Shown here: positions 18,535-31,481 of the stretch, one piece after another
Layout of the letters: every line of letters begins with the position of its first letter
Numbering within the stretch: the first letter of the stretch is position 1
Source: Chloroflexota bacterium
GTDB lineage: Bacteria; Chloroflexota; Dehalococcoidia; Lucifugimonadales; JADFKI01
DNA: 64,000 bases
NCBI GenBank assembly: GCA_027623195.1
Contig: JAQBUT010000006.1
Span: 1 to 64,000 of the forward strand
Direction: 5' to 3'
The notes under the pieces: generated by a model
What the model saw: only the letters and a program-made list of their open reading frames with translations
The model's database searches: none
Told to the model about the DNA's origin: nothing
Translations under genes and position numbers: made by a program

Positions 18535-20103
18535 CTACACTATCCAGTCGACGACACGCTCGCCTATCATAACGGCTGTCGCGTGGGTGCCACCTGACCT
18601 TGGAATACGCGGCATCACCGACGCATCGACCACCGACAACCCTTGAACGCCTTTGACTCGGCAGTACTGGTCAACTACCGCCATGGGGTCTGAATCAGGC
18701 CCCATCTTACAGGTCCCGGACACGTGCCGGGCTGTTCCCACGGTTTGCCGGATCCACAGGTCCAAAGCGTCGTCGTTCACCAGAATATCATCCGTTGGCT
18801 GGATCCTGTGATCGGCCACGTCTATATACGCCTCGGATTCCAGCAGTCTTGCCGCCATTCTTACGCCCTCCCTTACCCGTCGGATGTCGTCGGGATGCTG
18901 GAGAAAGCAGTAGTTGAAGGCTGGCTGCACTGTGGGGTCCGCAGATGCCAGCTTTACGTGTCCGGAGCCCTCAGGCAGTCCGAGGGTGCACATTAATCGT
19001 GCTGCCCTTTCCGGCGGTACATCGCCTGTCAGGTACTTGGTGCGTAAACCAGGCACACGCTCCTCCCTCTCGTCCACGACTGTGCTGGCCCTCAGAACCA
19101 TATCGTTGACGGCCTTGGAACCTTCAGAGGTGTAGTGCAAGCTGAAGTGCACTGAATCGGCATCACCAACGAGGGTCTTTCCGTCTTTGACCTTGAATGT
19201 AACCTGGGCGCTGAGGTGGTTCCAAAGGCCCTGTCCGACTCCTGAAATCTCATGAACCACAGGTATCCCAAATTGATCAAGCTGATCCTTGGGACCGATG
19301 CCCGATAGCATGAGGATTTGAGGCGACTTGACAGCCCCGGCGCACAAGACAATACGTTCACCATATATCTTGAAAACCTCGCCTCCGCTTTCGACTTCAA
19401 CGCCGACGGCTTTCAAATCCTCGAACAGTATCTTCCTGACGAAAACGCCTCCCCTAACTGTAAGGTTAAGACGGTGGCGCACTGGATTGAGATGGGTCAT
19501 AGCGGCGCTCATCCGAATGCCGTCCACATTGTTTGAAGGAGAAACGCCGACTCCGGAAGGGTTTGGGCCGTTGGTATCCTCGTTGGCGCCATACCCCGCC
19601 TCCAAACAGGCCGCCTGGAAGGCCTTTTGAATATCAGGCCAGGTACCTGACTGACGGCGCCTTACCGGCATTGGCCCTTCCGATCCATGGAAGTCATCCT
19701 GAATGTCTAGATCACGTTCTGACTTCCTATAGTAGGGCAGCACCTTTTCGTAAGACCATTCATCATTGCCGAGAGATGACCAGAAGTCGAAATCCTCGGG
19801 GAACCCTCTTTGCATTGCCTGGCCATTAATGGAGGAACCTCCCCCGATCACCTTGCCCTGGGCCACGTGGATCTCCCCCTGCTCCTCGGTGATTGTTCCC
19901 CGCAGAGCCCAGTTGTGTTCCGAGTCTTGGGCCTCAGCAAATCTTGTGTGGCCGAACTTTACTTCGTCCGGAAGGTTGGCTGGATCAGGGTAATCCGGCC
20001 CGGCTTCCAGCAACAGAACGGAGGTATTCGCTTTATCAGCCAACCTGCTGGCCAAAACGGATCCAGCAGCACCGCCGCCAACGATAACAACGTCATATTT
20101 CAT
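18535..20103 (-). CDS. GMC family oxidoreductase (choline dehydrogenase/MftG-like)
   Basis: GGGAAG FAD motif, 'GKVIGGGSSING', 'HVSGTCKMG', 'VVDASVMP'. Confidence 0.92.
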   Translation of the reverse strand: MKYDVVIVGGGAAGSVLASRLADKANTSVLLLEAGPDYPDPANLPDEVKFGHTRFAEAQDSEHNWALRGTITEEQGEIHVAQGKVIGGGSSINGQAMQRGFPEDFDFWSSLGNDEWSYEKVLPYYRKSERDLDIQDDFHGSEGPMPVRRRQSGTWPDIQKAFQAACLEAGYGANEDTNGPNPSGVGVSPSNNVDGIRMSAAMTHLNPVRHRLNLTVRGGVFVRKILFEDLKAVGVEVESGGEVFKIYGERIVLCAGAVKSPQILMLSGIGPKDQLDQFGIPVVHEISGVGQGLWNHLSAQVTFKVKDGKTLVGDADSVHFSLHYTSEGSKAVNDMVLRASTVVDEREERVPGLRTKYLTGDVPPERAARLMCTLGLPEGSGHVKLASADPTVQPAFNYCFLQHPDDIRRVREGVRMAARLLESEAYIDVADHRIQPTDDILVNDDALDLWIRQTVGTARHVSGTCKMGPDSDPMAVVDQYCRVKGVQGLSVVDASVMPRIPRSGGTHATAVMIGERVVDWIV

Positions 20104-20543
20104 GGGTTCTCCTAAACCTTTAAATTTCAGATAGTTTCTATGTATTGCCTACAGAGCTCTTGTCGATGGGCCCGGCATCTGACTAAACGCCTGCGACCGG
20201 ACGTGCAGCGTTGACGAAGGCCATTAAATCCCGCCCTTCGTCTGGCGCTCCTGTTTCTCGCAAAGTGTATGGCATGTCCAGCTACCGACGTGGCTGGAAT
20301 TCTTCGTCCCACGCGATCCTATTGCCACTAACGTGGAATAATAATCTCAGAGGGATGGTTTGTCCACCTTGGAGCTATTTGGCGAAAATGGCGCAGGTTT
20401 ATGTTATGTCCTACACCGTTGATTAATGCCGGACAGGTGGCATTACAGGGCCCAGGTTTCAACGAAAAATAATTCGCCTAAGTCCGTCTTTCGCAAGCCG
20501 TCCTACACATGCCTGTAACACGTCATTTTCCTCACGGCGCATA

Positions 20544-21092
20544 CTAGAGCGTAGAGACGCGGCCCGGCTCCATCCCCAGATCCAAAGCAATCTGCGCCAA
20601 GGCTAGCGCGCTGTAATAGGAAACAATAAGAGACAAATCTACAACTCCCTGAACTCGAAGCAGGTCTTGGGCAGTCGCAAAGGTATCGTCCGACACCTTC
20701 TTGTCCTGGAGCAACTCATGGACGAAACGCGTCACAGTGGCCTCATCGTCCGTCAGGGATTCAGGGTCTTTACGGGTACGAACGCTTTCGAGAGACGCGT
20801 CGCTGATTCCTCCCTTTGCCGCCAACGTAGAGTGAGCGGTCCAGATTATGTCGCTGTCCCATTCGCGTCCGGTCGTGCTTATGGCCAGTTCCTTCAAGCC
20901 CTCCGGGATGGAACTGTTGAAACGAAGTGTCGCGCCCACTGATGTGAGGTGACCCGCCGCCTTTGGACTGTTGAGCAGCGCACGAAATTGCAGGCCAACC
21001 TCTGTCCGCCCCCTGTCTGCGGCAATCTGATCGTAAACCTGTTGACCTTCGGCATCTAGTTCGTCCCGGCTCACATAGGGTACACGTGCCAT
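20544..21092 (-). CDS. Carboxymuconolactone decarboxylase (CMD/AhpD-like) family protein
   Basis: Start MARVPYV after GAGG RBS; 'LLNSP', 'LKELAI..TGRE...W..H', 'VSDDTF', 'YYSA'. Confidence 0.85.
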   Translation of the reverse strand: MARVPYVSRDELDAEGQQVYDQIAADRGRTEVGLQFRALLNSPKAAGHLTSVGATLRFNSSIPEGLKELAISTTGREWDSDIIWTAHSTLAAKGGISDASLESVRTRKDPESLTDDEATVTRFVHELLQDKKVSDDTFATAQDLLRVQGVVDLSLIVSYYSALALAQIALDLGMEPGRVSTL

Positions 21093-21490
21093 TTTTACAC
21101 CTCTTTTAAGTGACTGTTGATAAGGTCTGTTAAGTGACCACTCCCATCTTATGTACCAGAATCTATGTTGGATTGCCAACATCACGACCAGGCCGATTGA
21201 TCTCTGAGAACCGATGGCCTTACAAGTTAAGTGATCATCGAGGCGGCTCGATCCGAACCAGTGAACTCCAAGTCCTGAACGTGACATGCTTCGACGTGCA
21301 AACTCTACTGCTTTCACGCCGCACATGGCATACCGGGTAGCCAAGCCCGCTCAACGGTTTTTCCCTTGCCAGGGTCTTCTTTCGTACTTTGGCTTATCTG
21401 AATGATGCAAGAGAGACGACCCTCCACTACAATGCGCCATATTGGAATTAGTTGGCCTGGTGGACCAGAAGCAATGCAAGGGAGGTTTCC

Positions 21491-21928
21491 ATGAGCGAAT
21501 ACATACCTAGTCCCAGAGAATGGGTGGCAGAGCAAGTTAAGCTATATGAAGGAAGCGGAGGCACCGACGGTCTGACTTTGAGGGATACAGGTCTGCCTGT
21601 CATCATTGTGACAAATCGAGGGCGGAAGACCGGCGCGACCCGCAAGACGCCTTTAATGCGAGTCGTGGACGGAAGCAGCTATGTCCTTGTGGCATCTCAG
21701 GGTGGAGCGCCAAAACATCCGGTCTGGTATCACAACTTGAAAGCGGAACCTAATGTGGAAATTCGCGACGAGGCAGAAGTACATTCGATGCGCGTCCGAG
21801 AGGTCTCTGATTCAGCCGAGAGACAACGCATCTGGGCTATCGCAGTCGAAGCATACCCGCCCTACCAGGAGTACCAGGACAAGACCGATCGCGTCATCCC
21901 GGTATTCGTAGCAGAGGCCATCAAGTAA
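21491..21928 (+). CDS. Deazaflavin (F420)-dependent nitroreductase, DDN family
   Basis: 'GRKTG..RKTPL', 'VASQGGAPKHPVWYHNL..P.V', 'YQ.KT.R.IPV'; GGAGG RBS. Confidence 0.93.
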   Translation: MSEYIPSPREWVAEQVKLYEGSGGTDGLTLRDTGLPVIIVTNRGRKTGATRKTPLMRVVDGSSYVLVASQGGAPKHPVWYHNLKAEPNVEIRDEAEVHSMRVREVSDSAERQRIWAIAVEAYPPYQEYQDKTDRVIPVFVAEAIK

Positions 21929-22126
21929 ACGGCACCTTGCCCGGCATACTAATGCTGAAAACAACTGCCAAGCCTGCCAAGTAAAGATTAGAAGATACGG
22001 GACCCTTACGTATTTAGATAAATCTGCAAGAACCATACGTGGGGGCCTAATCTTCTTTGGCCCGTTGCTCGCATATGTCATCATCGCCACGGTTTTGCGT
22101 CCTGGCCAACAGGCGATAAGCAGTCT

Positions 22127-23044
22127 TTACCGCACCGTCTGCCCGGCCAGGTCCAGGACCTTCTCCGCCATTTCAGACAGCATTCGCCACGCGACCTCGT
22201 TGTGCCTAGTCGCTTCGATATCGTCGTAGTACGTATCCAGCAGCACGTAGGCGCAGCCCAACTCCTCTAGTTGCGCCATGTCCCGCCGAATCTGGTCCAC
22301 GGAGCCTTCGCCGACGATACGCTGGTCATCCGGCAAATCACTCCCCATAATGCGCAGGCGCACCCTAGGGCATAACGACGGCATCGGCCTGCCCTCCTCG
22401 TCGGCTATGGCCTTGAGCCTGGGTATGCCCTCGTTCTTGAACCAGTCCATGCGAATGCGGATCGGGTGATAGCCGTCACCGTAGCGAACAGCACGGCGCA
22501 TGGCAGCCTCGCTGGGGCCGCCAACCCAGATGGGCGGGTGTGGTGAGCGCACCGGCCTGGGAGCCGTGTGGATGTCCTCAAAGGAGATATGCTTGCCCTG
22601 GTACGACGCCACATCCTGCGTCCACAGAAGCTTGATAGCCTCCAGGTATTCGTTGGTGATTGCGCCCCTCTGCTTGAAGGGTACCTTTAGCACGTCGAAC
22701 TCACCCTGCGCCCAGCCAATGCCAACGCCAAAGATGAGCCTGCCGCCGCTTAACTGATCGACGTTGGCCAATGCCCTGGCCGTCTCCACCGGATTGCGAT
22801 AGGGGACGATGATTACGGTTGTGCCGATCTCTATTTTGGTGGTCACGCCTGCCATCCAGCCAAGCAAGCTTATGGGCTCGTAGAACGGCGCGGGGTAGCG
22901 GCCCTGCACGTCGGGCGTGATGGCTATATGATCGGACGTCATGATCAGGTGGTAACCCAGGGCTTCCGACAAGTCCAGCCAACTCCGCAGTGATTCAGGA
23001 GTGGCTCCCGGTCCGAAGTTAATAAGGTTTACGCCGACTTTCAT
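22127..23044 (-). CDS. LLM-class F420-dependent oxidoreductase
   Basis: 'SDHI', 'PYRNP..TA..LA.VDQLSGGRL.FGVG.GW', 'PPIWVGG'. Confidence 0.92.
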   Translation of the reverse strand: MKVGVNLINFGPGATPESLRSWLDLSEALGYHLIMTSDHIAITPDVQGRYPAPFYEPISLLGWMAGVTTKIEIGTTVIIVPYRNPVETARALANVDQLSGGRLIFGVGIGWAQGEFDVLKVPFKQRGAITNEYLEAIKLLWTQDVASYQGKHISFEDIHTAPRPVRSPHPPIWVGGPSEAAMRRAVRYGDGYHPIRIRMDWFKNEGIPRLKAIADEEGRPMPSLCPRVRLRIMGSDLPDDQRIVGEGSVDQIRRDMAQLEELGCAYVLLDTYYDDIEATRHNEVAWRMLSEMAEKVLDLAGQTVR

Positions 23045-23173
23045 GTTTTGGCTCCTAATAGCAGGAATTCTTGTATTTTTGAACAACAGAGGTTCTCAGA
23101 AATAGGCAGGAGCGACTCGCCGCGGCAGGTCGCCCCCAATTTACATCAGTTTGAAACGTTGCTACGACCTGGC

Positions 23174-23659
23174 CTAAGCGTCCTTGTCGAACTTGCCGAA
23201 GCTGCCCTCGCAGTAAAGCAGAGGCATCCCCTCGTGAACACGAATGTCGTCCACCTCACCAATGAATATGGTGTGGTCGCCAGCTACGTGCTCGGCAACG
23301 ACTCGGCAGTCCATCTGCGCCACGCTTCCGTCTATTAAGGCCGCACCGTTGTCCGTGAAGGTAAAGGAGATTTCCTTATTTGGGTCGCGCCTCTCGGGAG
23401 GGGAGGCGTAGTGCATCACGATGTCCGACTGGTTCTCTCCCATGATATTCAGTGCGAATCGTCCTGCCTTCTGTATCAGTGGAAAGGAGTTGCGATTGTG
23501 CCCGACGCATACCAGCACCAGCATAGGCTCCAGGGAAACAGAGCTGATATCGCTGGCGGCCATTCCATGCACGCCTCCGTCCGGCTCTATGGAGGTGATA
23601 ATGGAAACGCTGGAGGCGTACTTGCCCCAGGCATCCCTGAACGATTGCTGATCGGGCAT
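23174..23659 (-). CDS. Flavin reductase-like protein
   Basis: 'SVSLEP.LVLVC', 'AGDHTIFIGEV', 'PLLY..G.F'. Confidence 0.92.
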   Translation of the reverse strand: MPDQQSFRDAWGKYASSVSIITSIEPDGGVHGMAASDISSVSLEPMLVLVCVGHNRNSFPLIQKAGRFALNIMGENQSDIVMHYASPPERRDPNKEISFTFTDNGAALIDGSVAQMDCRVVAEHVAGDHTIFIGEVDDIRVHEGMPLLYCEGSFGKFDKDA

Positions 23660-23770
23660 TTTCGATACTCCTGCAAATACGATTTTTGCGTGCTTAGGAT
23701 TAGCGCGATTATATTGCGGGGCGGGGCAGAAGAAAAGTCCCAGCCTCTGGAGACGAAATGCCGTCCCAGA

Positions 23771-24499
23771 TTAAATTAGTTCAGATATAGAGTTTATTAT
23801 GCGATCTGGCATAACGGAGGGCGCAACCGGCAGGCCCTCGGCCCGGGAATCTACCCAGATGGCTGTGAGGCCCAGACGCTTAGGGGCCACTACCTCCCAC
23901 TCGAAGTTATCGCCGACCATCCAGGTCTCGTTGGGCCTGACGCCTAGGGTCTCCATGGCGTGGAGGTAGACCTCGTCGTTGGGCTTGCCTACCCCGAACT
24001 CGCCCTCAACGATGATGCAGTCGAAGAAACGCTCCAGATCGTGATCGTTTATCTTCCCTCGCTGAGTCTCCTTGTCGCCGTTGGTCACCAGCGCCATTTT
24101 GACGCCCTTGTCTCTGATTAACCGCAGGGTATCCACAGCACCGGGAAACGGTTTTACCTCAGCGCCACGAGTGGATTCGTAGTCCTCGGCCAACCGGGTT
24201 GCCAGTTGCATCGAGGGAATTCCAAGGAGGGTGAAGGCCTGACGGACAATTTCATCATATGCGTTCTCAATACCCAGGCGGCCTCTGCGATGACGCTCCG
24301 GGTCGCTCCAGTACCACTCTCGCCGTTCCACCACCGCCTGGTACAACGCATCAGCCGAAACGTCATTCAGCTTCGGTACGTACTCGCCGATCACCTGTTT
24401 CCAGGCATCCTCGGCCAGGGTTCCAAAGCTCAATATGGTGTCGTCCAGGTCGAACAGGATGGCCGGTGGAAGTTCTCGGTTCAATTTCGGGCGCTCCAT
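23771..24499 (-). CDS. HAD-IA family hydrolase
   Basis: FDLDDTI, VTNG, GKP, MVGDN. Confidence 0.92.
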   Translation of the reverse strand: MERPKLNRELPPAILFDLDDTILSFGTLAEDAWKQVIGEYVPKLNDVSADALYQAVVERREWYWSDPERHRRGRLGIENAYDEIVRQAFTLLGIPSMQLATRLAEDYESTRGAEVKPFPGAVDTLRLIRDKGVKMALVTNGDKETQRGKINDHDLERFFDCIIVEGEFGVGKPNDEVYLHAMETLGVRPNETWMVGDNFEWEVVAPKRLGLTAIWVDSRAEGLPVAPSVMPDRIINSISELI

Positions 24500-24552
24500 T
24501 ACCTAGTTCTTAAACCTTTCCCCATCATACCCACACGGGAATTCTCCGGCAA

Positions 24553-25794
24553 CTAAGGTCCTTCTGCGACTGCGGCTTTAAGCGGTAGCAATGCCATGAG
24601 CAGCGCGGCCAAGCCGAAGAGGCCCCCGACGTAAAACAGGGAGGCTTCGATACCGACGAACTCATATAGCGCACCGGCGATAAGTGGCGAAGCGGCGCTC
24701 ATTATGAACGATATGAACGCAGTCAATCCAAGCGCCGTGGAGGCGACATCCCGACCAACTATATCCAGAGTGGCGGCGGTTAGGATGGGTTGGTCAGGGT
24801 AAAGAAATAGGCCGAGGAACACGATTAGGACGGTTAAGGCAATTCCGTGGCCAAAGGGTATTAGGAGAAGTGTTATCAGGCAGGACCAGGCAAGGCCGGG
24901 CACAAGCACCTGCTTCCTTCCCCAGCGGTCGGAGAGGTTGCCGGCCAATGGTTTAGCGAATATGCCGATAGCTATCAGCAACGCTATGTGAAAACCTCTA
25001 GCCGAGGTACTAAGGCCCAGGTCGTTGCTGAGATATATGGGCAGCACAGTCACAAGCGCCACCAGGCACATACCTCGAAGTCCCTTGACCAGCGATATGG
25101 CCCAAAGCGCGGGAGTCTTCAGAAGGGTCTTGGTAACATCAAGTCGGGACTCTTTCACGCCACCGTCTGGGTCCACATCAGGAGAGCCCCCTATGCCTCT
25201 GAAGGCCCAAAGGGCCACGAATGCCAGAACCAAAGGCGGAACTGCATACCAGCTCAGGATGCCCCGCCAGCCCAGTACAGCCAGCAGAACGCCGGTGGCT
25301 GCAGGCCCCAGCACATCCCCGATGCTTCCTCCGACTCCGTGGAAGGAGAGCACAGTGCCCCGCCTCTCTGGAAAGTGGTGAGAAAGGGATGCCGAAGCAG
25401 GCAGGTGCCATATGGAGTGAGATACGGCCACAATAGCTATGCCGACCAGCAACAACGGGTACGCGGGCGAAAGTCCCATCAGAAGAGCGCCCAACCCCAG
25501 TCCACCGATGCAAACGGCCAGCAATGCGCCCCAGTAGCGCCGGAGCATATCCACAACTACGCCCGCTGGCAGCGTCGCTAAACCCGACGCCAACTCTCGC
25601 ACGGCCAGGACGCCGCCTACCCCCACGCCGTTTAGCCCAAACGCGGCCTGAATCTCCGGAAGTGCAACAACGAAGCTCTGTATGAACCAGTGGTACAGTG
25701 TATGCCCCATGGCCAGGCCGGTTATCATGAACCAGCCCCTGCGCCGGACATCCGCAGGCATATGCAATGACGTATCCTGGTCGATCATGGGCAT
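24553..25794 (-). CDS. MFS transporter
   Basis: About 12 TMs; 'GNLSDRWGRK'. Confidence 0.92.
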   Translation of the reverse strand: MPMIDQDTSLHMPADVRRRGWFMITGLAMGHTLYHWFIQSFVVALPEIQAAFGLNGVGVGGVLAVRELASGLATLPAGVVVDMLRRYWGALLAVCIGGLGLGALLMGLSPAYPLLLVGIAIVAVSHSIWHLPASASLSHHFPERRGTVLSFHGVGGSIGDVLGPAATGVLLAVLGWRGILSWYAVPPLVLAFVALWAFRGIGGSPDVDPDGGVKESRLDVTKTLLKTPALWAISLVKGLRGMCLVALVTVLPIYLSNDLGLSTSARGFHIALLIAIGIFAKPLAGNLSDRWGRKQVLVPGLAWSCLITLLLIPFGHGIALTVLIVFLGLFLYPDQPILTAATLDIVGRDVASTALGLTAFISFIMSAASPLIAGALYEFVGIEASLFYVGGLFGLAALLMALLPLKAAVAEGP

Positions 25795-25976
25795 CTCCAG
25801 TTCTTTGCAAGGTGCGCGACTTGAAAACGCCGATTCTAACGAAGACTAGTATTTCATTCAACCACGTCTTGGACTAAAATCAGCCCACGCCAATCATATT
25901 CCGGGGGTTTGGGTACGCTTCAGGCGAGACTTAGTCGCAATTCTCAAACGTGACGTTATTCGGAGAGCAAGCGGTT

Positions 25977-26013
25977 CCCCCTCACCTTAGTGCTCTCGCT
26001 GAAGGGGAGGAGA
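25977..26013 (+). repeat. Degenerate CCCCTCACC...CTCTC...GGGAG-type intergenic repeat
   Basis: ccccctcaccttagtgctctcgctgaaggggaggaga resembles a widespread small dispersed repeat (recognised from memory; single copy here). Confidence 0.35.
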
Positions 26014-26087
26014 TTAATTCCCCAACCTGTCGGGGCCGGGATGCGGATTAGACCCTATAGTTCCCAGTCGAAGGAGAAGCTTAAACC

Positions 26088-27086
26088 ATGGCTGACTTAA
26101 GGGGCCCAGACAACCAACCCAATTTCATTGGCATATCCACCTTCGCTCACGCACCGTTCGCCCTGACGCAGGAGGAGCTGAGGTCGCTGGAGCCTGACGT
26201 TGCCATAATAGGCGCGCCCGTGGACATGGGCGTGGTGAACCGTCCCGGCGCGAGGTTTGGGCCTCGGGCAATTCGGCAGGCAGGGTACTCCGGCAGCCCA
26301 AACGAACGGCTTTACCACATGGGGCTGGACGTCTACCCAATGCGCGAGCTAAAGGTTGTGGATTTCGGAGACGCCAACTGCCCGCCAAGCTCCTTGGAAC
26401 AGAGTCACGAAGCCATCCGCCTCAAGGTGCAACAGGCCCTTCAAACTGGCGCATTGCCCATCGTCCTGGGAGGCGACCACTCGATTACGCTGCCCAGCGC
26501 CACCGCTGTGGCCCAGCACTACGGATACGGAAAAGTGGGAATGGTCCACTTCGACGCCCACGCCGACACAGGCGCTTCGGGTTATGGCGGGGTGTTAATC
26601 TCCCACGCCAACCCCATGCGCAGGCTGCTGGAAAGCGGCGCTATTCCAGGCAAAAACTTCGTGCAGGTGGGACTCAGAGGTTACTGGCCGGAGAGGGAGT
26701 TATTCGACTGGATGCGGGAGAAGGGCATGCGCTGGCACCTGATGTCCGAAATCGAGACCAGAGGATTCGAATCCGTCTTGGCGGAGGCAATCAGTGAGGC
26801 CCTGGACGGCCCAGAGGTGATCTACCTGTCGGTGGACATCGACGTTCTTGATCCAGCCTTTGCTCCAGGCACAGGGACCCCGGAGCCAGGCGGTTTGACC
26901 TCGATGCAGCTTCTTGGCGCGGTCCGCCGCATAGTTGCAGCAGTGGACCTGGTGGGTGCTGACATCGTGGAGCTTTCGCCTCCATTCGACGGACCAGGGG
27001 CCATTACCGCTGAGGTCGCCAACAGGGTTGGCCTGGAGATAATTAGCGCCTTAGCGAAGAAGGCCGGCGGCGCATCCAGCAAATAG
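26088..27086 (+). CDS. speB: Agmatinase-family ureohydrolase
   Basis: 'RPGARFGPRAIR', GGDHS, DAHAD, SVDIDVLDP, PGTGTPEPGG. Confidence 0.9.
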   Translation: MADLRGPDNQPNFIGISTFAHAPFALTQEELRSLEPDVAIIGAPVDMGVVNRPGARFGPRAIRQAGYSGSPNERLYHMGLDVYPMRELKVVDFGDANCPPSSLEQSHEAIRLKVQQALQTGALPIVLGGDHSITLPSATAVAQHYGYGKVGMVHFDAHADTGASGYGGVLISHANPMRRLLESGAIPGKNFVQVGLRGYWPERELFDWMREKGMRWHLMSEIETRGFESVLAEAISEALDGPEVIYLSVDIDVLDPAFAPGTGTPEPGGLTSMQLLGAVRRIVAAVDLVGADIVELSPPFDGPGAITAEVANRVGLEIISALAKKAGGASSK

Positions 27087-27106
27087 CTCAAATGTACTTG
27101 ACAAGT

Positions 27107-27135
27107 TTGAATTTAGCTTCAAAATATGCTAGAAT
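27107..27135 (+). promoter_or_regulatory. Sigma70-type promoter of gyrB
   Basis: TTGAAT-17nt-TAGAAT with TGn; a TTGACA also lies at 27098. Confidence 0.55.
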
Positions 27136-27341
27136 AGTAACGTTCTTAACCTAGCATTAATTTCGACGATGTAGTCCACTATCAAGGGGTTAAAGCCCAG
27201 TTGGAAGTGGCCCAAAACCGCCTCAAAAAAACCCCTTCCCGATTGAGGGAATTTAGTATAACCAGAGTTGTGATTCGGGTGTGCTGTGCAACCAATTCAG
27301 CGTCCGGCCACAGACCAGGTTATCGAAACGGCAGATCTTAG

Positions 27342-29306
<1,965 letters not shown>

Positions 29307-29324
29307 CCTTTTCAAATTAATGGA

Positions 29325-29369
29325 AAATAAAAAAGGGTCGACCCACTGAGGGTCGACCCTTTTTTATTT
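29325..29369. terminator. Bidirectional terminator with self-palindromic arms
   Basis: aaataaaaaagggtcgaccc-actga-gggtcgacccttttttattt. Confidence 0.9.
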
Positions 29370-29403
29370 CAATCTTTATTGTTATTGATTACCTAGTAAG
29401 CCC

Positions 29404-31341
29404 TCAGTCCGCGAATACCTCTCGGCGTGGCGCAACAATTTTGCCATTGGAGAGGACTGTGCCGTCCTCGCATCTGCTTTCCACGCGACCGCCGTCGAAC
29501 TGCTCGATGTACAGGTTGGCGTATAGGCCGCCCAGAGCAAGCAACTCTTGATGGGTGCCTTGTTCGACGATACGACCCTGGTCTACTACGAATATGACGT
29601 CGGCTGCCAGAATCGTGGACAGCCGGTGAGCAATAGCAATCGTGGTACGACCTTCCATCAGCGGCTCCAGCGCCGACTGCACGAAACGCTCGCTGGCGGT
29701 GTCCAGCGCCGACGTTGCCTCGTCCAATATCAGAATGCGAGGGTCGTGCAGGATAACGCGTGCGATAGACAGGCGTTGGCGCTCACCGCCGGACAGACGA
29801 TAGCCCCTCTCACCGACAACGGCGTCATAGCCATCAGGGAATGCCATGATGCGGTCGTGAATGAAGGCCGCCTTAGCCGCAGCCTCCATCTGTTCCTGAG
29901 TCGCATCCGGATTGCCGTACAGCAGGTTGTCTCGCAGGCTGGCGTGGAACAGGTAACTGTCCTGGGTAACGTAGCCTATCAGGCTCGCCAGAGACGCCAG
30001 ACGAATGTCCCGCACGTCGGTGCCATCAATGCTTACGGCGCCTCCTGTGACGTCGTAAAGTCGCGGTATCAGGTACGATATGGACGTCTTGCCCGCGCCG
30101 CTGGGGCCCACAAACGCCGCCAGTTGGCCCGGTTTAATCTCAAAGCTCACGCCTTTCAGGGCCAACCCCTGGGGAACTTCCTCCGCCAAGCCGTTGTCAG
30201 GCTGGTGGGCCTCAACCGCACTGTAGTCAAGGCTCACGTTTTTGAAGGTTATCTTACCCTTCACGTCGTTGGGCTTTAACTCCCTCGAGGAATCTTTGTC
30301 CTCAATCTCAGGCTTGATATCCAGGTAGCCGAAGATACGCTCGAATAAAGCAAGCGAGGCCTGCAGCTCGACGGAGACGCGAAGAAGGGTGCCAATTGGG
30401 AAGTACAGGCGCGACTGGAGCGTAGTGAACGCCACGACGGTGCCCGAGGTGATGCCGGAGGGAGTGGTGCCAGACAGCACGTAACCGGCAATTACGTAAA
30501 TCATAACCGGCGAAATGGAAAAGAAGACCTGCATGAAGGTGAAAAAGGCGTTGCCTGTCATCTGCATGCGCAACGTCAGGTCCGCCAGGCGCAGGTTCTT
30601 CTCTTGGAACCTGCCTACCTCCTGGGGTTGTCGGCCAAAGAGCTTCGCCAGCATCACACCTGATATGGAAAGCGTCTCCTGGGTTATAGACGTGACGTCA
30701 GCGGCGGCCTTCTGGGTCTCAGCACTAACGGCCCTGCGCTTGGAACCAACGTATTTGGAGAGCACCACGAACACCGGCACCGTAGCCATGGCTACCAGCG
30801 TTAATTCCCACGACAATATGATCATGGCGACAAGAGTGCTGATGAATATAACGCTGTTGGACAGCACGTTGGACAGGGTGCTGGTGACGACGTTTTGCAC
30901 GCCGCCTACATCATTGGCCACCCTGGACTGGATCTCTCCCGTTCGCGTGTCCGTGAAAAAGCGAAGTGACAGGCTCTGCAAGTGCTCGTATAGCCTGTTG
31001 CGGAGGTCCCGCATCACGCGCTGGCCAACCTCGTTGGTATAGAAGGTCTGCACGATGCCGAGGCCACCAGTCACCACAGTGACCGCCACCATGACACCGG
31101 CGACAATCCAGAGGAGATTAAGGTCAGGTACGCCGCTCTCCGGAAACAGAGCTGAGTCGAAAACGGTACGTATGAGGACAGGGTTCACGACGCCCAAGCC
31201 AGCGGTTATAAAGATAAGGGCGCCAACTGCTGACACCTTGCGCCAGTAAGGCTGAAAGGTTTTGGCTATCCGTCCATTCAGACCGCTCTTGGTGGCGGCC
31301 AGCACGCCGACGCCTTCCCCTGCGGGTACTTCTCTACGCAT
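29404..31341 (-). CDS. ABC exporter, fused permease/ATPase
   Basis: N-terminal TMD; GPSGAGKT, LSGGERQR, ILILDEAT, AHRL. Confidence 0.95.
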   Translation of the reverse strand: MRREVPAGEGVGVLAATKSGLNGRIAKTFQPYWRKVSAVGALIFITAGLGVVNPVLIRTVFDSALFPESGVPDLNLLWIVAGVMVAVTVVTGGLGIVQTFYTNEVGQRVMRDLRNRLYEHLQSLSLRFFTDTRTGEIQSRVANDVGGVQNVVTSTLSNVLSNSVIFISTLVAMIILSWELTLVAMATVPVFVVLSKYVGSKRRAVSAETQKAAADVTSITQETLSISGVMLAKLFGRQPQEVGRFQEKNLRLADLTLRMQMTGNAFFTFMQVFFSISPVMIYVIAGYVLSGTTPSGITSGTVVAFTTLQSRLYFPIGTLLRVSVELQASLALFERIFGYLDIKPEIEDKDSSRELKPNDVKGKITFKNVSLDYSAVEAHQPDNGLAEEVPQGLALKGVSFEIKPGQLAAFVGPSGAGKTSISYLIPRLYDVTGGAVSIDGTDVRDIRLASLASLIGYVTQDSYLFHASLRDNLLYGNPDATQEQMEAAAKAAFIHDRIMAFPDGYDAVVGERGYRLSGGERQRLSIARVILHDPRILILDEATSALDTASERFVQSALEPLMEGRTTIAIAHRLSTILAADVIFVVDQGRIVEQGTHQELLALGGLYANLYIEQFDGGRVESRCEDGTVLSNGKIVAPRREVFAD

Positions 31342-31381
31342 ATGATCTGTACTTCATAAGTCTTATTTTAACACCTAAACA

Positions 31382-31412
31382 GAACGGGGCAGGTTTATCA
31401 CCTGCCCCGTTC
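31382..31412 (-). terminator. GC-rich hairpin (terminator or REP-like)
   Basis: gaacggggcaggt-ttatc-acctgccccgttc. Confidence 0.65.
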
Positions 31413-31481
31413 CACGTTGGCCTCGTATTGCGCCAAAAGTAATTTCAATGCTCATCCCGTTGGCTTCCTAGCTGTAGTGGA

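Noticed and set aside
20104..20543. Mycofactocin precursor (MftA) or other RiPP near the GMC oxidoreductase
   Set aside because: No IDGxCGVY-like peptide found and no radical SAM gene in the window
25800..26087. Guanidine riboswitch upstream of the ureohydrolase
   Set aside because: No twin ACGR-loop hairpins or other ykkC-type consensus recognisable
27130..27147. LexA box near the gyrB promoter
   Set aside because: AGAA...GTTCT spacing does not fit GAAC-N4-GTTC
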